Assembly: GCA_044339235.1 (NCBI GenBank)
Contig: JBIIVV010000001.1
Location: 1-42,379, forward strand
Direction of reading: 5' to 3'
Origin: Ferruginibacter sp.
GTDB lineage: Bacteria; Bacteroidota; Bacteroidia; Chitinophagales; Chitinophagaceae
Length of the DNA stretch: 42,379 nucleotides
The notes under the pieces are model-generated. The model was not told where the DNA came from. It ran no database searches and saw nothing but the letters and a program-made list of their open reading frames with translations. Made by a program: the position numbers and the translations under genes. Each line of letters opens with the position of its first letter. Positions within the stretch are counted from its first letter, which is position 1. Shown here in pieces: positions 1-9,778 of the stretch.

Positions 1-601
1 AAAAATTGTTTGGGAACAGGTGGTACATATGCCCATATTAAAACGTTTTCTTGCCGCTTTCTTTTTTTATAGCATGGGAGTACAAACCGTGATGCTGGTA
101 GCAATTGATTTTGGAATTAAAGAACTCGAATTGCCTGACCAGCAGCTGATCATTACTGCGGTCATTATACAAATAGTGGCCATTATAGGGGCTATCGGCA
201 TGTCGAAGCTATCCGCTAGATTTGGAAATATCAATGTATTGATTTTAACTGTACTGCTTTGGATCGGCGTTTGTATTGCCGGCTACTTCATTACTACTGA
301 AACACATTTTTATATTATTGCATCACTGGTTGGATTGGTAATGGGCGGTATACAATCACTCAGCAGATCTACCTACAGCAAATTGATGCCCGAAACAAAA
401 GACACCGCCTCCTTTTTTAGTTTTTATGATGTAACAGAAAAGCTAGCGATTGTGATTGGTCTTTTTACATTTGGATTCATTGAAGGAATTAGCAGTATCC
501 GGAATTCTATTTTATCGTTGGTTATATTCTTTATCCTTGGATTTGCCCTGCTACTGTTAACGGCCATCAAAGAAAAAGCATTACAACAAAAAATAAATTG
601 A
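1..601 (+). CDS. MFS transporter, UMF1/Atg22-like family (5' truncated by the window edge)
   Basis: Frame is open from position 2; multiple TM helices; motifs 'GLVMGGIQSLSRSTYSKLMP' and 'SFFSFYDVTEK' typical of UMF1-family MFS proteins. Confidence 0.85.
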   Translation, partial: KIVWEQVVHMPILKRFLAAFFFYSMGVQTVMLVAIDFGIKELELPDQQLIITAVIIQIVAIIGAIGMSKLSARFGNINVLILTVLLWIGVCIAGYFITTETHFYIIASLVGLVMGGIQSLSRSTYSKLMPETKDTASFFSFYDVTEKLAIVIGLFTFGFIEGISSIRNSILSLVIFFILGFALLLLTAIKEKALQQKIN

Positions 602-602
602 A

Positions 603-1484
603 ATGAATTTGTATTCTATCAATACTGGATATTTTAAATTAGATGGCGGAGCCATGTTTGGTGTGGTACCCAAAAGTATTTGGAATAAACTAAACCCGGC
701 AGATGAAAACAATATGTGTACTTGGGCCCTGCGCTGCTTGCTGATTGAGGAAGGCAATCGGCTAATCTTAATCGACAGCGGAATGGGGGATAAACAGGAT
801 GCGAAATTTTTTGGGCACTACTACCTACATGGAGAAGATAATATCGACAGCTCACTGGCAAAACATGGCTTTACAAAAGATGATATTACAGATGTGATAT
901 TAACCCATCTTCATTTTGATCATTGTGGCGGAAGTGTTATTCGCGTTGATAACCAACTAATCCCCGCTTTTAAAAATGCCAGTTACTGGAGTAATGAAAA
1001 GCATTGGCAATGGGCTACCCAACCCAATGATCGTGAAAAAGCAAGTTTTTTAAAAGAAAACATTATCCCCATCCAAGAAAGCGGACAATTAAAAATGGTT
1101 GCCCTCTCAAACTACCAAGATGAAGGAAAAGAGCACTCGGTTCATATTCAACCGTCTGGGATATTGGATGAATTGTCATTCATTCTAGTTAACGGCCACA
1201 CAGCAGCGATGATGCTACCGGTGATACAATTGAAGGGGAAAACCATCGTTTATATGGCGGACCTTTTGCCCTCTAGCGCTCATATCCCATTGCCCTATGT
1301 AATGGCTTATGATATGTTTCCACTCATTACACTGCAAGAGAAAAAAACATTTTTACATTGGGCCCATACAAATGACTGCATTTTGTTTTTTGAACATGAC
1401 CCTGAAAATGAATGCTGCAATTTGCAATTAACTGAAAAGGGCATACGCGCAAAAGACCATTTTAAATTAAGTGCGCTAGAGTAG
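603..1484 (+). CDS. MBL-fold metallo-hydrolase (YtnP-like)
   Basis: N-terminal 'FKLDGGAMFGVVPK'; metal motif THLHFDHCGG; 'NGHT', 'ADLLP', 'FEHD'; starts 1 nt after the MFS stop. Confidence 0.9.
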   Translation: MNLYSINTGYFKLDGGAMFGVVPKSIWNKLNPADENNMCTWALRCLLIEEGNRLILIDSGMGDKQDAKFFGHYYLHGEDNIDSSLAKHGFTKDDITDVILTHLHFDHCGGSVIRVDNQLIPAFKNASYWSNEKHWQWATQPNDREKASFLKENIIPIQESGQLKMVALSNYQDEGKEHSVHIQPSGILDELSFILVNGHTAAMMLPVIQLKGKTIVYMADLLPSSAHIPLPYVMAYDMFPLITLQEKKTFLHWAHTNDCILFFEHDPENECCNLQLTEKGIRAKDHFKLSALE

Positions 1485-1505
1485 AAAATCCCACAGCTAA
1501 CTTCG

Positions 1506-1548
1506 GTTGTTGGTCAAAAGACCAACAACGGCGAGACCAACAACGGCG
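1506..1548. repeat. REP-like hairpin GTTGTTGGTC-AAAA-GACCAACAAC with a perfect 15-bp tandem duplication (AGACCAACAACGGCG x2)
   Basis: 10-bp perfect stem 1506-1515/1520-1529; direct repeat 1519-1533 and 1534-1548; lies between convergent genes. Confidence 0.8.
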
Positions 1549-1633
1549 GATGATGATATAATTTCCAATTGTAGTATACTTTATACCGCTCCTTAACTAG
1601 CCGGAAATAAAAAGATAGCATTGGTCTATTTGA

Positions 1634-2440
1634 TTACCTAAAACTCAACAATGAAGTGAGTGGGTAACGGAGATTCTTATACCCATACATATCTACCTTA
1701 ACACTGCCAACAGCAATCGGACTCTCTACTCTTAATATTAAATGATTAGGGTCATCGCTTACCCATGCGGTCATTTTTTCACCGCCCTGAAACATAGTTC
1801 CCTTTATCAGCAAAGGTTTAAACTTGATTGCCCTAAACTTCCCGTAACGTGTATTGACATTTTCTTTTCCAATGTATCGAATGTATAAATGATACACTTC
1901 GTCATCTAAAAACATGTCAAAAGGGATTTTGTCGCCAGGTTGATACTGATCAAAATTAATATTCCGGGCATAATAAATTGAACTAATTACATCCTGAATA
2001 CAATTGGGAGTTTTGAATACTCCATTGGTACTAACGGCCGTTCCGGCAATATGATTAAAGGTTACATTATTATATATTTTATACCCCCCCTCGTCAACAT
2101 TTCGGATAAACTTTACTGGAAACAAATTGGTCGTATCAATGTATGTTTCATAGCGATCTCTCACCTTAAAAAAATTATCAAAAAAGGGATAGGATTTTCC
2201 CTCCCCTACACAATGATAAACCGTTTTGCCATTAAACCTTTCCAAATTAGCAGTGAAGGTAGCTTCTCCCGCGCCAATATAAAGCCCCAAGGAATTGTAA
2301 AAAACCTTCATAGTGATTACCTCTCCTTCCTGAAAAGCTGTATTCTTTATACCGCAAAAAACACCCGACGGCTCAAGGCTTTGCTGGGTAAATGCTGATA
2401 AGATAATCAACACAATTGCTGCCTTAAAAATTAGACTCAT
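1634..2440 (-). CDS. DUF3108 domain-containing exported protein
   Basis: Likely start is ATG 2440 (MSLIFKAAIV..., signal-peptide-like), overlapping the upstream stop as ATGA; motifs 'FFKVRDRYETYID', 'IQDVISSIYYARN', 'WVSDDPNH', 'VGSVKV'. Confidence 0.8.
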   Translation of the reverse strand: MSLIFKAAIVLIILSAFTQQSLEPSGVFCGIKNTAFQEGEVITMKVFYNSLGLYIGAGEATFTANLERFNGKTVYHCVGEGKSYPFFDNFFKVRDRYETYIDTTNLFPVKFIRNVDEGGYKIYNNVTFNHIAGTAVSTNGVFKTPNCIQDVISSIYYARNINFDQYQPGDKIPFDMFLDDEVYHLYIRYIGKENVNTRYGKFRAIKFKPLLIKGTMFQGGEKMTAWVSDDPNHLILRVESPIAVGSVKVDMYGYKNLRYPLTSLLSFR

Positions 2441-3417
2441 TTTTCTTTTATAATTTTTATATTTAATACTAATAAACTGCCAATCAAAGCTGGTAGAACC
2501 ACATTGATCAACCAAATACCCATGGAAGCGGTTCCAATTCCTAGTTCATTATTTGTATACATTTTAAAAATAACCCATGCAGTAGTTACCCTCACAGGCA
2601 ATTCTACAAACCCCAAGGAAGGTATGATAGTCATCACCATATAAAATACGGTCAACAAGCAAAAACATAACCAACCAGCAATATCCACTTGCATAACGTG
2701 CAACAGCAATACATATTGTAAAACAAAGACAATATAGCGGGCTAAGGATAAAAATAAAATTTGCAGCAACTGTTGTAAACTAAATTCATCCAACACCCTG
2801 ATATGATTGACTGCTTTTTTTAAAAACGGCAGCCGCTCCATTATAATAATTAGCCATCTTAAGCGCAAATAAAATAACAAAAGTAATAGGGTTAAGCCAA
2901 CTGTCAAATATAAAACAACATCACTTAATACTTCAGGCAAAAAAGCAAGCAGTTGATTATTATAAGGTAAGAAATACTTTATATATAATAAGCCCAAACT
3001 GCCCATCAGCATAGTTACTAGTAACTGACTAACACTACCCACCAAACTTAAGGAAATTGCTTTTAAGCGGTGTGCTGCTTTCACATATAATATTCGCCCC
3101 CCAAATTCGCCTATTCTATTGGGCGTAAGTAGGGTGACTGCACAACCAGATAGAACGGATTTTACTGCTCTAGCAAATGGAAATTGCTGAACCTGATTAA
3201 CTAATAACTGCCATTTTATGGATTCAATTCCCCAATTGACAAATACTAACACAATAGAAAGCCAAAATTTCCAGCTATTCCACTCAGTACTGATTTGATC
3301 CCATTTTTTGAAAAAATCTGGCGAACTGCTTATTTGCCTGTATAGCCCCCACATTAATAAAAAAAACAACACAGGTCCAAAAAAGAAGTTAACAAATATT
3401 TTAATTTTTTTATTCAA
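2437..3417 (-). CDS. Lysylphosphatidylglycerol synthase TM-domain / flippase-like membrane protein
   Basis: 'VNWGIESIKWQ', 'TPNRIGEFGGR', many TM helices; start placed at TTG 3417 because a TAACTTTG promoter element lies inside the longer ORF's 5' extension (ORF track start 3489). Confidence 0.8.
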   Translation of the reverse strand: MNKKIKIFVNFFFGPVLFFLLMWGLYRQISSSPDFFKKWDQISTEWNSWKFWLSIVLVFVNWGIESIKWQLLVNQVQQFPFARAVKSVLSGCAVTLLTPNRIGEFGGRILYVKAAHRLKAISLSLVGSVSQLLVTMLMGSLGLLYIKYFLPYNNQLLAFLPEVLSDVVLYLTVGLTLLLLLFYLRLRWLIIIMERLPFLKKAVNHIRVLDEFSLQQLLQILFLSLARYIVFVLQYVLLLHVMQVDIAGWLCFCLLTVFYMVMTIIPSLGFVELPVRVTTAWVIFKMYTNNELGIGTASMGIWLINVVLPALIGSLLVLNIKIIKEK

Positions 3418-3446
3418 TACCGTATTATTTATTTTGGGCCTTGTTG

Positions 3447-3454
3447 CAAAGTTA
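3447..3454 (-). promoter_or_regulatory. Bacteroidota sigma70 -7 element (TAACTTTG) for the flippase-like/DUF3108 pair
   Basis: Exact match to TAnnTTTG about 30 nt upstream of TTG 3417. Confidence 0.6.
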
Positions 3455-3671
3455 GAAAAGAGACGGTTATGTTTCATTACTTTTGTCACTCACCAATTTC
3501 TGTTTTTAACGAAGCGCTATTTCAAAAGCTTATAATGTCAATTCGGAATGTATATTTTATGCCGTTCCTTCATTAAAGTTGTAATATCAGGCGTTTTCAA
3601 CAAAAGGATAAAGATCATTTCAGATACAAGTATAGTTTAAATATCCAGTTAATCAACCAACAAATAATTTA

Positions 3672-4235
3672 TTGGAAAAGAAATCAAAAATAATTTTGGG
3701 AATTGACCCCGGCACGGTTGTAATGGGGTATGCATTAATAGAAATAACTGGAAGTCAGATGCGAATGATTGAAATGGATATTTTAAAGCCTGGCAAGGTG
3801 GAGGATCCATATAAAAAATTGCAACTCATTTACAATACGGTAAGTGGACTAATCATCCAATTTAAACCCACTGTTTTTGCCATTGAAGCCCCGTTTTTCG
3901 GAAAAAACGTACAGAGTATGCTTAAGCTTGGGCGTGCTCAAGGCGTAGCCATTGCAGCTGCTATGGGCCATGGTCTAGCAGTAACTGAGTATTCACCTAA
4001 AAAAATAAAACAATCCATTACTGGTAATGGAAATGCAAGCAAGGAGCAGGTGTTGAAAATGCTGCAACGCTTATTGAACTTTAAAGAGGACCCTACTTAT
4101 TTGGATGCGTCAGATGCACTGGCAGTAGCCGTTTGCCACTATTTTCAAGAAAATTCCGTGCTTGCTTTATCGGGCAGCAAAGTAAACGGCTGGGATGAGT
4201 TTTTAAAGAAAAATCCTTCTAGACTAAAGAAATAA
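3672..4235 (+). CDS. ruvC: Holliday junction resolvase RuvC
   Basis: 'ILGIDPGT', 'AIEAPFFGKNVQSMLKLGRAQG', 'KQSITGNGNASKEQV', 'DASDALAVA'; TTG start. Confidence 0.97.
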   Translation: MEKKSKIILGIDPGTVVMGYALIEITGSQMRMIEMDILKPGKVEDPYKKLQLIYNTVSGLIIQFKPTVFAIEAPFFGKNVQSMLKLGRAQGVAIAAAMGHGLAVTEYSPKKIKQSITGNGNASKEQVLKMLQRLLNFKEDPTYLDASDALAVAVCHYFQENSVLALSGSKVNGWDEFLKKNPSRLKK

Positions 4236-4270
4236 GGCCACCCGTCTATTATTAAAGGATAAGATAATCA

Positions 4271-4663
4271 CTATTTAATCGCAGCGATAATTTTTTGCTG
4301 CACTTCTATAAACTCCTCCACAGACAATTTCAACTTATCTCGCGTAAAATTCAAATCGTCCGCAGAATGTATGGGTACTAGGTGTAAATGAGCATGGGGC
4401 ACTTCTAGCCCTACTACAGAAATGCCACAACGATTGCAATCAAATACTTGCTCTATGGCATGGGCGATTGGCTTTGAAAATAATAATATTTCTGACAAGT
4501 AATCATTTGATAAATCAAAAAATTGATCCGTCTCTGTTTTTGCAACTATTAATGTATGCCCCTTTGCCAGCGGAAAAATATCCAAAAATGCAAAAAAAAG
4601 GTCGCTCTCTGCAATCTTATAGCAAGGAATCTGTCCTTGAATAATTTTTGAAAATAAAGTCAT
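4271..4663 (-). CDS. HIT family nucleotide hydrolase
   Basis: 'LFSKIIQGQIPCYKI', 'FLDIFP..KGHTL', histidine triad 'VPHAHLHLVP'. Confidence 0.95.
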   Translation of the reverse strand: MTLFSKIIQGQIPCYKIAESDLFFAFLDIFPLAKGHTLIVAKTETDQFFDLSNDYLSEILLFSKPIAHAIEQVFDCNRCGISVVGLEVPHAHLHLVPIHSADDLNFTRDKLKLSVEEFIEVQQKIIAAIK

Positions 4664-4752
4664 TGATGAATTTATTGTCGTGATAAATAATTGTTTGGGT
4701 AATTATACCATTTCTGATTTCAATAGCAAGTGAAATCAAATAAAAATATATG

Positions 4753-4780
4753 AAAAAAGCCACTGGTAAAAACCGGTGGC
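4753..4780 (-). terminator. Probable intrinsic terminator of gldKLMN
   Basis: Minus strand GCCACCGGT-TTTT-ACCAGTGGC (one mismatch) followed by TTTTTT, about 30 nt after the gldN stop. Confidence 0.7.
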
Positions 4781-4808
4781 CATTTTTGGATATCTTTTTA
4801 TTGGGGAA

Positions 4809-5822
4809 TTAATATTTCCACAAATCCTGCTCGTAACTAAATACTTTTTCCTTAATTCGCTCTCCTTCTAACAACTGAAAAACCCCATTGTCAATAAACC
4901 CTTTTTGGTCTTTGATGGGCAGATCAAAGGGGTTATCAATGGTGCTTTTAATAATCCGACCGGAAAACATCCTGCTTTCAAATAAATCTTCCCAACTCAT
5001 TCTTGCACCAAAATTCTTTCCGTTGTACACGTCATATTTTGCTAAAATAGGTCTCAAATCTGGATAATACACCCAAAATAATTCTGATTCCCCTAAATCT
5101 ACCCCTGCAGAGGTAAGCACCCGCTTAAGGGGAGCAATACCTAATATTCTCCAAAAAAGTCTTGAACTTTCTTTGTCAAATATTACCTCTTCTTTTATTC
5201 TGAATTTATAAAATGAATCAAGATTTACTTCCCTTACCACTTCTTTTTTACCTACACTCACACCCAGCGAATCAAAAATATCAACCATCTCGACACCACC
5301 TGATATCTTACGAGATACCTGGCCTAATGTCATAGGGGTTGTGAACCTGTCATCAATCGCATCAAAAACGGTTACAAGGCTATCTTGTATCGCTTTCATT
5401 ACAATTGAAATAAATCGCTGATTCCCATTATCTTCTTCGGCAGAGTACCGGAAAGGGAGATTTACTTTTTCCCTAGAGTCAATTTCACGCCATATTTTAT
5501 GACGATAAACTGCATCATCAGCCCTTACATGTTCGTAAGGGAGTGGATTTCTATCCCTGATTTCCTTATCTCTTGTATCAGCGCCATTGTCCATTCGAAG
5601 CGATTTTTTCAACTTCGGAATAGGCAAACTATCCACCTTTTGTACTGGGGGTGGGGCAATCACTACAGCAGGGGCAACTGTATCAGCTACAGCTATGGCA
5701 GCTTTCGGGGGCGGTTTCTGAGTAGCCGCCTTTTTTTTTGCTTTTTTTTGAGCCAACGCACTATCAGTAAAAGCCACTATGCTCAAAAACAACAACAAAA
5801 ATTTTAATGAATGCCTTACCAT
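4809..5822 (-). CDS. gldN: Gliding motility / T9SS ring protein GldN (PorN)
   Basis: Signal peptide; 'PLPYEHVRADD', 'IWREIDSREKVNLPF', 'FDKESSRL..RILGIAP', 'LFWVYYP', C-terminal 'YEQDLWKY'; last gene of gldKLM. Confidence 0.93.
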   Translation of the reverse strand: MVRHSLKFLLLFLSIVAFTDSALAQKKAKKKAATQKPPPKAAIAVADTVAPAVVIAPPPVQKVDSLPIPKLKKSLRMDNGADTRDKEIRDRNPLPYEHVRADDAVYRHKIWREIDSREKVNLPFRYSAEEDNGNQRFISIVMKAIQDSLVTVFDAIDDRFTTPMTLGQVSRKISGGVEMVDIFDSLGVSVGKKEVVREVNLDSFYKFRIKEEVIFDKESSRLFWRILGIAPLKRVLTSAGVDLGESELFWVYYPDLRPILAKYDVYNGKNFGARMSWEDLFESRMFSGRIIKSTIDNPFDLPIKDQKGFIDNGVFQLLEGERIKEKVFSYEQDLWKY

Positions 5823-5844
5823 AGCCCGATATTTTTAATATTTT

Positions 5845-7353
5845 TTAATACAACACAATACCTACCCCTTGGATGGTTCTTTGCTTACCATCTGGGCCCT
5901 GAACTTTTACATTGTCAAAAGTTATACTAGTTCCTGGTCCAGCTCTTTGAATATAAGTCGAAATGGGCGAAAGGTTATTACCATTTAAATCTGCTGTCTG
6001 AACATTTGAGAAATTGGCTCCTGAAAAATATACAGTTGCCGAAACAACAGAAAAATTAGCAGCAAAATCAAAGTTTTCCAATTCAGCACGACAAAACTGC
6101 TGGCTTTTAAAACTTCCGGATGTCATTCTAGTTCCACCTGGTCCAACCTTGAAGATTGGATTCGGTATTTCTTTAACTCTAAAATCAAATGGGGTGGTTT
6201 TACCATCTGCCGTTACTGTTAAAGTAGCTTTTCCAGGAGTAGTAACCCTTGCAACACGATTACCCAGTGTGCCACTCAAAGTGCCTCCAGTCATTGTAAC
6301 AGTAGTTCTGTCCCATCCTGAACCAGAAGAAATAGTAATTGGATTATCAACCCCAATGTAAAATACATTCATTTTATCCAACATAACCGCTGCCCCACCG
6401 GGAGTTCCAACAGTATATTCTACATCTAAAGTTTTGGTTTGCGCTACCCCATCCTGATCGAGATACCTTACTGAAACAGGTACTTTTTTAATACCCGAAC
6501 CACTAGCATTCACCTTGTAGGAACCTTTACCCTCAACTGCAGTAACATTGGTTCCTCCAATATTAATTTGAGGTGCTGCAGCAGAACTATAGGCTGCAAC
6601 GCCTGCTGTTATTTCAACTTCCTGCCCTGGCATTACATAGTTAGAACTTTGTCCAACCAATACGCCCGTTTTATCAAACTTAACAACAACCGCTCCAATT
6701 TGCTCATGGCAAAAAGTTACCACCTGATTCTCAGCGTTTTTGATATTGTTTTGAAATTTGCTAAGTAAGGTTAATCCTGCTACCGTCGGTGTCATATGAA
6801 AATAGGCAATAGTAAACTCCTTTTTTGTTCCATCCTGACCAATTGGTGGTTCAACATCAACGGGTAAGGTTTGTTCAAATTTCTCTTTAATTTTTTCGTC
6901 AATATTTAGCATCGCTGATTTGTAGGCTTTCAACTTTGCCTCCAATTCCTTTCCTTTACCTTCTGTGTCAAATAAACGAGTAGCAGCATCCATATTGTCT
7001 TCCTTAAACGTTTCCTTTCCCTCTCTCATTTCTAATCCGGCAGCTTGTTTTAGCGCCTTTTTAAGACCCTCAATATAATTATTCATTTCTTCTGAAAGCT
7101 TCTTTGCCTGCTCAGCCTTTGGTTGCCATATACCTGCTTTTTCAGCTGTCTTAGGATCCGCTAAATTCTCACTCAAAGATTTATACATTGTTTGGTTTGC
7201 AGCGGTTAAGTTAGTGCTCGAGTTCTGCAAACTCAAATCAACCACTTTAAAGGCGTTCAATATCTCGCTCGACACATTCATTGCTAACAATGCTGTTAAC
7301 ACTAAATACATCAGGTTGATCATCTTCTGCCGGGGCTCTTTAGGTAAAGCCAT
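5845..7353 (-). CDS. gldM: Gliding motility / T9SS motor protein GldM (PorM)
   Basis: N-terminal 'PKEPRQKMINLMYLVLTALLAMNVSSEILNAF'; 'DKMNVFYIGVDNPITIS'. Confidence 0.97.
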   Translation of the reverse strand: MALPKEPRQKMINLMYLVLTALLAMNVSSEILNAFKVVDLSLQNSSTNLTAANQTMYKSLSENLADPKTAEKAGIWQPKAEQAKKLSEEMNNYIEGLKKALKQAAGLEMREGKETFKEDNMDAATRLFDTEGKGKELEAKLKAYKSAMLNIDEKIKEKFEQTLPVDVEPPIGQDGTKKEFTIAYFHMTPTVAGLTLLSKFQNNIKNAENQVVTFCHEQIGAVVVKFDKTGVLVGQSSNYVMPGQEVEITAGVAAYSSAAAPQINIGGTNVTAVEGKGSYKVNASGSGIKKVPVSVRYLDQDGVAQTKTLDVEYTVGTPGGAAVMLDKMNVFYIGVDNPITISSGSGWDRTTVTMTGGTLSGTLGNRVARVTTPGKATLTVTADGKTTPFDFRVKEIPNPIFKVGPGGTRMTSGSFKSQQFCRAELENFDFAANFSVVSATVYFSGANFSNVQTADLNGNNLSPISTYIQRAGPGTSITFDNVKVQGPDGKQRTIQGVGIVLY

Positions 7354-7460
7354 AGTATTTTGGATTTATGGTTGTTATGTAAATTGAATTTTTATTGATT
7401 CGCTGCTTTCTTAATAGATACATAATACGTAAACTATTGAGTTGGTCAGCTTTCTACCTG

Positions 7461-8228
7461 CTAGCCTTTCATCTGCATCGCACTCAACATATTACCATAT
7501 ACCGAGTTTAATTTACTAAGATTACCAGCCAATAAATTGATTTGATCCTTTGTTTTAGTAGCATCTTCTAAGCTACTCACCATTACGGTACTAGCTTCAG
7601 CCATTTTGCCATAAAAACTATTTAAAGCTTTCAAGTGATTATTGCTTTCTTTCAATTCAAGTTCATAGATGGTATTCAAGCTACCCAGATTTTTTGTCAA
7701 CACCTGCACTTGTTCGTGAAAGCCTTTTGAACTTTCTGTTGCACTATTAAATGATGACATCGCGGTAGCGCTATTACTAAATGCACTTGACATGGCGCCT
7801 AAAGAAAAAGTAGCTTCCTTAGCCTTTGCACCCAGTTCATTCGTTGATTTCACGGTTTCCCCTATATCAGCAAAACCTCCAACAGTATTACCTAATTTAG
7901 CAAAACCTTCACTCAATTTTTTCATATTATCGGGAGTGATATCTGCCTCTTGCAACATTTTATCCATACTCTTTAATGCAGGATTGCCAGTTTCAACGGG
8001 CGCTGCAGGTGCTGGTGCTGGTCCTTCAGGTGGCGGTGAAAAAACATATAATAAAGCATACCCTAAAAATATGATCGACTCAGTCCACAATCCAATTTTC
8101 AACCATACATCCGCACCGGGTGCATGGGTAATTTTGAAAAGCGCTCCTAGCAAAACCGGAACGGCTGCAGCAGATACAAAAATATTTAGTACTCGATCGA
8201 TTGGACGGGATTGACCAGCGGCTGACAT
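7461..8228 (-). CDS. gldL: Gliding motility / T9SS motor protein GldL (PorL)
   Basis: Two N-terminal TM helices 'LLGALFKITH..GAD..LKIGLWTESIIF'; C-terminal 'LNSVYGNMLSAM'. Confidence 0.95.
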   Translation of the reverse strand: MSAAGQSRPIDRVLNIFVSAAAVPVLLGALFKITHAPGADVWLKIGLWTESIIFLGYALLYVFSPPPEGPAPAPAAPVETGNPALKSMDKMLQEADITPDNMKKLSEGFAKLGNTVGGFADIGETVKSTNELGAKAKEATFSLGAMSSAFSNSATAMSSFNSATESSKGFHEQVQVLTKNLGSLNTIYELELKESNNHLKALNSFYGKMAEASTVMVSSLEDATKTKDQINLLAGNLSKLNSVYGNMLSAMQMKG

Positions 8229-8344
8229 AAGTTTTTGAATTTTAAATGTTAAGTTTTATTTTTTATTTTCAATTGTTAGTATAGCTACATTAAATGTAAT
8301 TACTACCATCTTTAAGGAAAGATCGGAAATTAATTTTAAAAACC

Positions 8345-9637
8345 TTACTTTTTCCCCTTTTTATTTGAAGGGGGAAGATCAATCACACAACGAAATCCTA
8401 TATAAGATTTGGTTGTATCCTGGTATTCATAAGTACGAGCACTTGTTTGCAAATAGTAACCTACATCTTTCCAGCTTCCTCCACGGATAACTTTACGTTT
8501 CATACGAGGAGGGTCAGCATCCTTGGCATTCCAACGTACCTCAGGATTCATGTCATGCTGAAAGTTATAACCCCCTTCATAAAAAAGAGAAGATGTCCAT
8601 TCCGCTACATTTCCGGACATGTTGTACAAACCAAAATCATTTGGCCAGTACGCATCTGCCCTAACAGTATAAAAACCGCCATCTTCGGGATAATTACCCC
8701 TACCTGGCTTGAAATTTGCCAAAAGACAACCTTTTCTATTTCTTAAATAAGGACCTCCCCAAGGGTAAGGTGATTGGGAACGACCTCCACGAGCTGCGTA
8801 TTCCCACTGAGCTTCAGTAGGTAGCCTGAAATCAGATTCCGTGATTCGCTTCTTTGATTCGAGAAAGCCGTTTAAATACTGCGTTCTCCATTCACAAAAC
8901 GCGGTAGCCTGTTTCCATGAAACCCCCACCACCGGGTAATTTCCAAATGCAGGATGACTATAATATTTCTTAGCCATTGGCTCATTGTACGAATAAGCGA
9001 AATCCCTTACCCAACAAAGCGTATCGGGGTAAATCTGCAAATCCTTTTTTACAATGAATTTTGAACGCTGAACACCTCTTGGACTTTTCGCTGCCTCTTT
9101 AAAATCAAAGATTTCAGAATGAAAAACCAATTTGGTAGGATCAATTTCTTTTTTATTGAAAATTCGATTATCAGGAGTCAGTATCATTGCATCCACCTTC
9201 TCCATCACCGCCTTATCGCCCCACTTGATAGTTTTTGCTTTTTTCCAATCAATGAATTCAGCTCCATCAGCCCCCGCTTTAATGAACCCCATTTGCTTAG
9301 CCGCTATAGAATCCCTCACCCAATTGGTAAATTGCCGATATTCATTGTTGGTAATTTCAGTTGCATCCATCCAAAAAGAACTGATAGAAACTTGTTTGTT
9401 TCGAGCAGTATAAGCAAAATTCACATCCTCATCACTCGGTCCCATATGAAAAGTGCCGGGTGGAATATAAACCATACCTGGAGGCTTAGGAAGCGTCCAA
9501 TTTCGAGAAGGCTCCACGCCATATAGCTGACCATCGGTAGGAAGATCCTTACCCTTCTTACCTTTGCCCAACATTTTACATCCAGACAAAAACACAAAGG
9601 TCAATATAATTATAATAGCTAAAGCCCTATTCATCAT
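8345..9637 (-). CDS. gldK: Gliding motility / T9SS lipoprotein GldK (PorK), FGE-sulfatase domain
   Basis: Lipobox 'FLSGC'; 'GMVYIPPGTFHMG', 'YPDTLCWVRDF', 'FRLPTEAQWEYAARGG', 'GLYNMSGNVAEW'; first gene of gldKLMN. Confidence 0.95.
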   Translation of the reverse strand: MMNRALAIIIILTFVFLSGCKMLGKGKKGKDLPTDGQLYGVEPSRNWTLPKPPGMVYIPPGTFHMGPSDEDVNFAYTARNKQVSISSFWMDATEITNNEYRQFTNWVRDSIAAKQMGFIKAGADGAEFIDWKKAKTIKWGDKAVMEKVDAMILTPDNRIFNKKEIDPTKLVFHSEIFDFKEAAKSPRGVQRSKFIVKKDLQIYPDTLCWVRDFAYSYNEPMAKKYYSHPAFGNYPVVGVSWKQATAFCEWRTQYLNGFLESKKRITESDFRLPTEAQWEYAARGGRSQSPYPWGGPYLRNRKGCLLANFKPGRGNYPEDGGFYTVRADAYWPNDFGLYNMSGNVAEWTSSLFYEGGYNFQHDMNPEVRWNAKDADPPRMKRKVIRGGSWKDVGYYLQTSARTYEYQDTTKSYIGFRCVIDLPPSNKKGKK

Positions 9638-9661
9638 TGATAATTATTTTAAAAAGCTCGA

Positions 9662-9669
9662 CAAATGTA
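9662..9669 (-). promoter_or_regulatory. -7 promoter element (TACATTTG) for gldKLMN
   Basis: Exact TAnnTTTG match 24 nt upstream of the gldK start. Confidence 0.6.
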
Positions 9670-9778
9670 AGGATTATTTTGAATTTTACTTAGTTAACCA
9701 ACTATTTACACTATTTATTTTAGTGTCTATACCAATTGCCGCCAAGTAAAACGATTTAGATTTTAAAAAATTGTGCCT

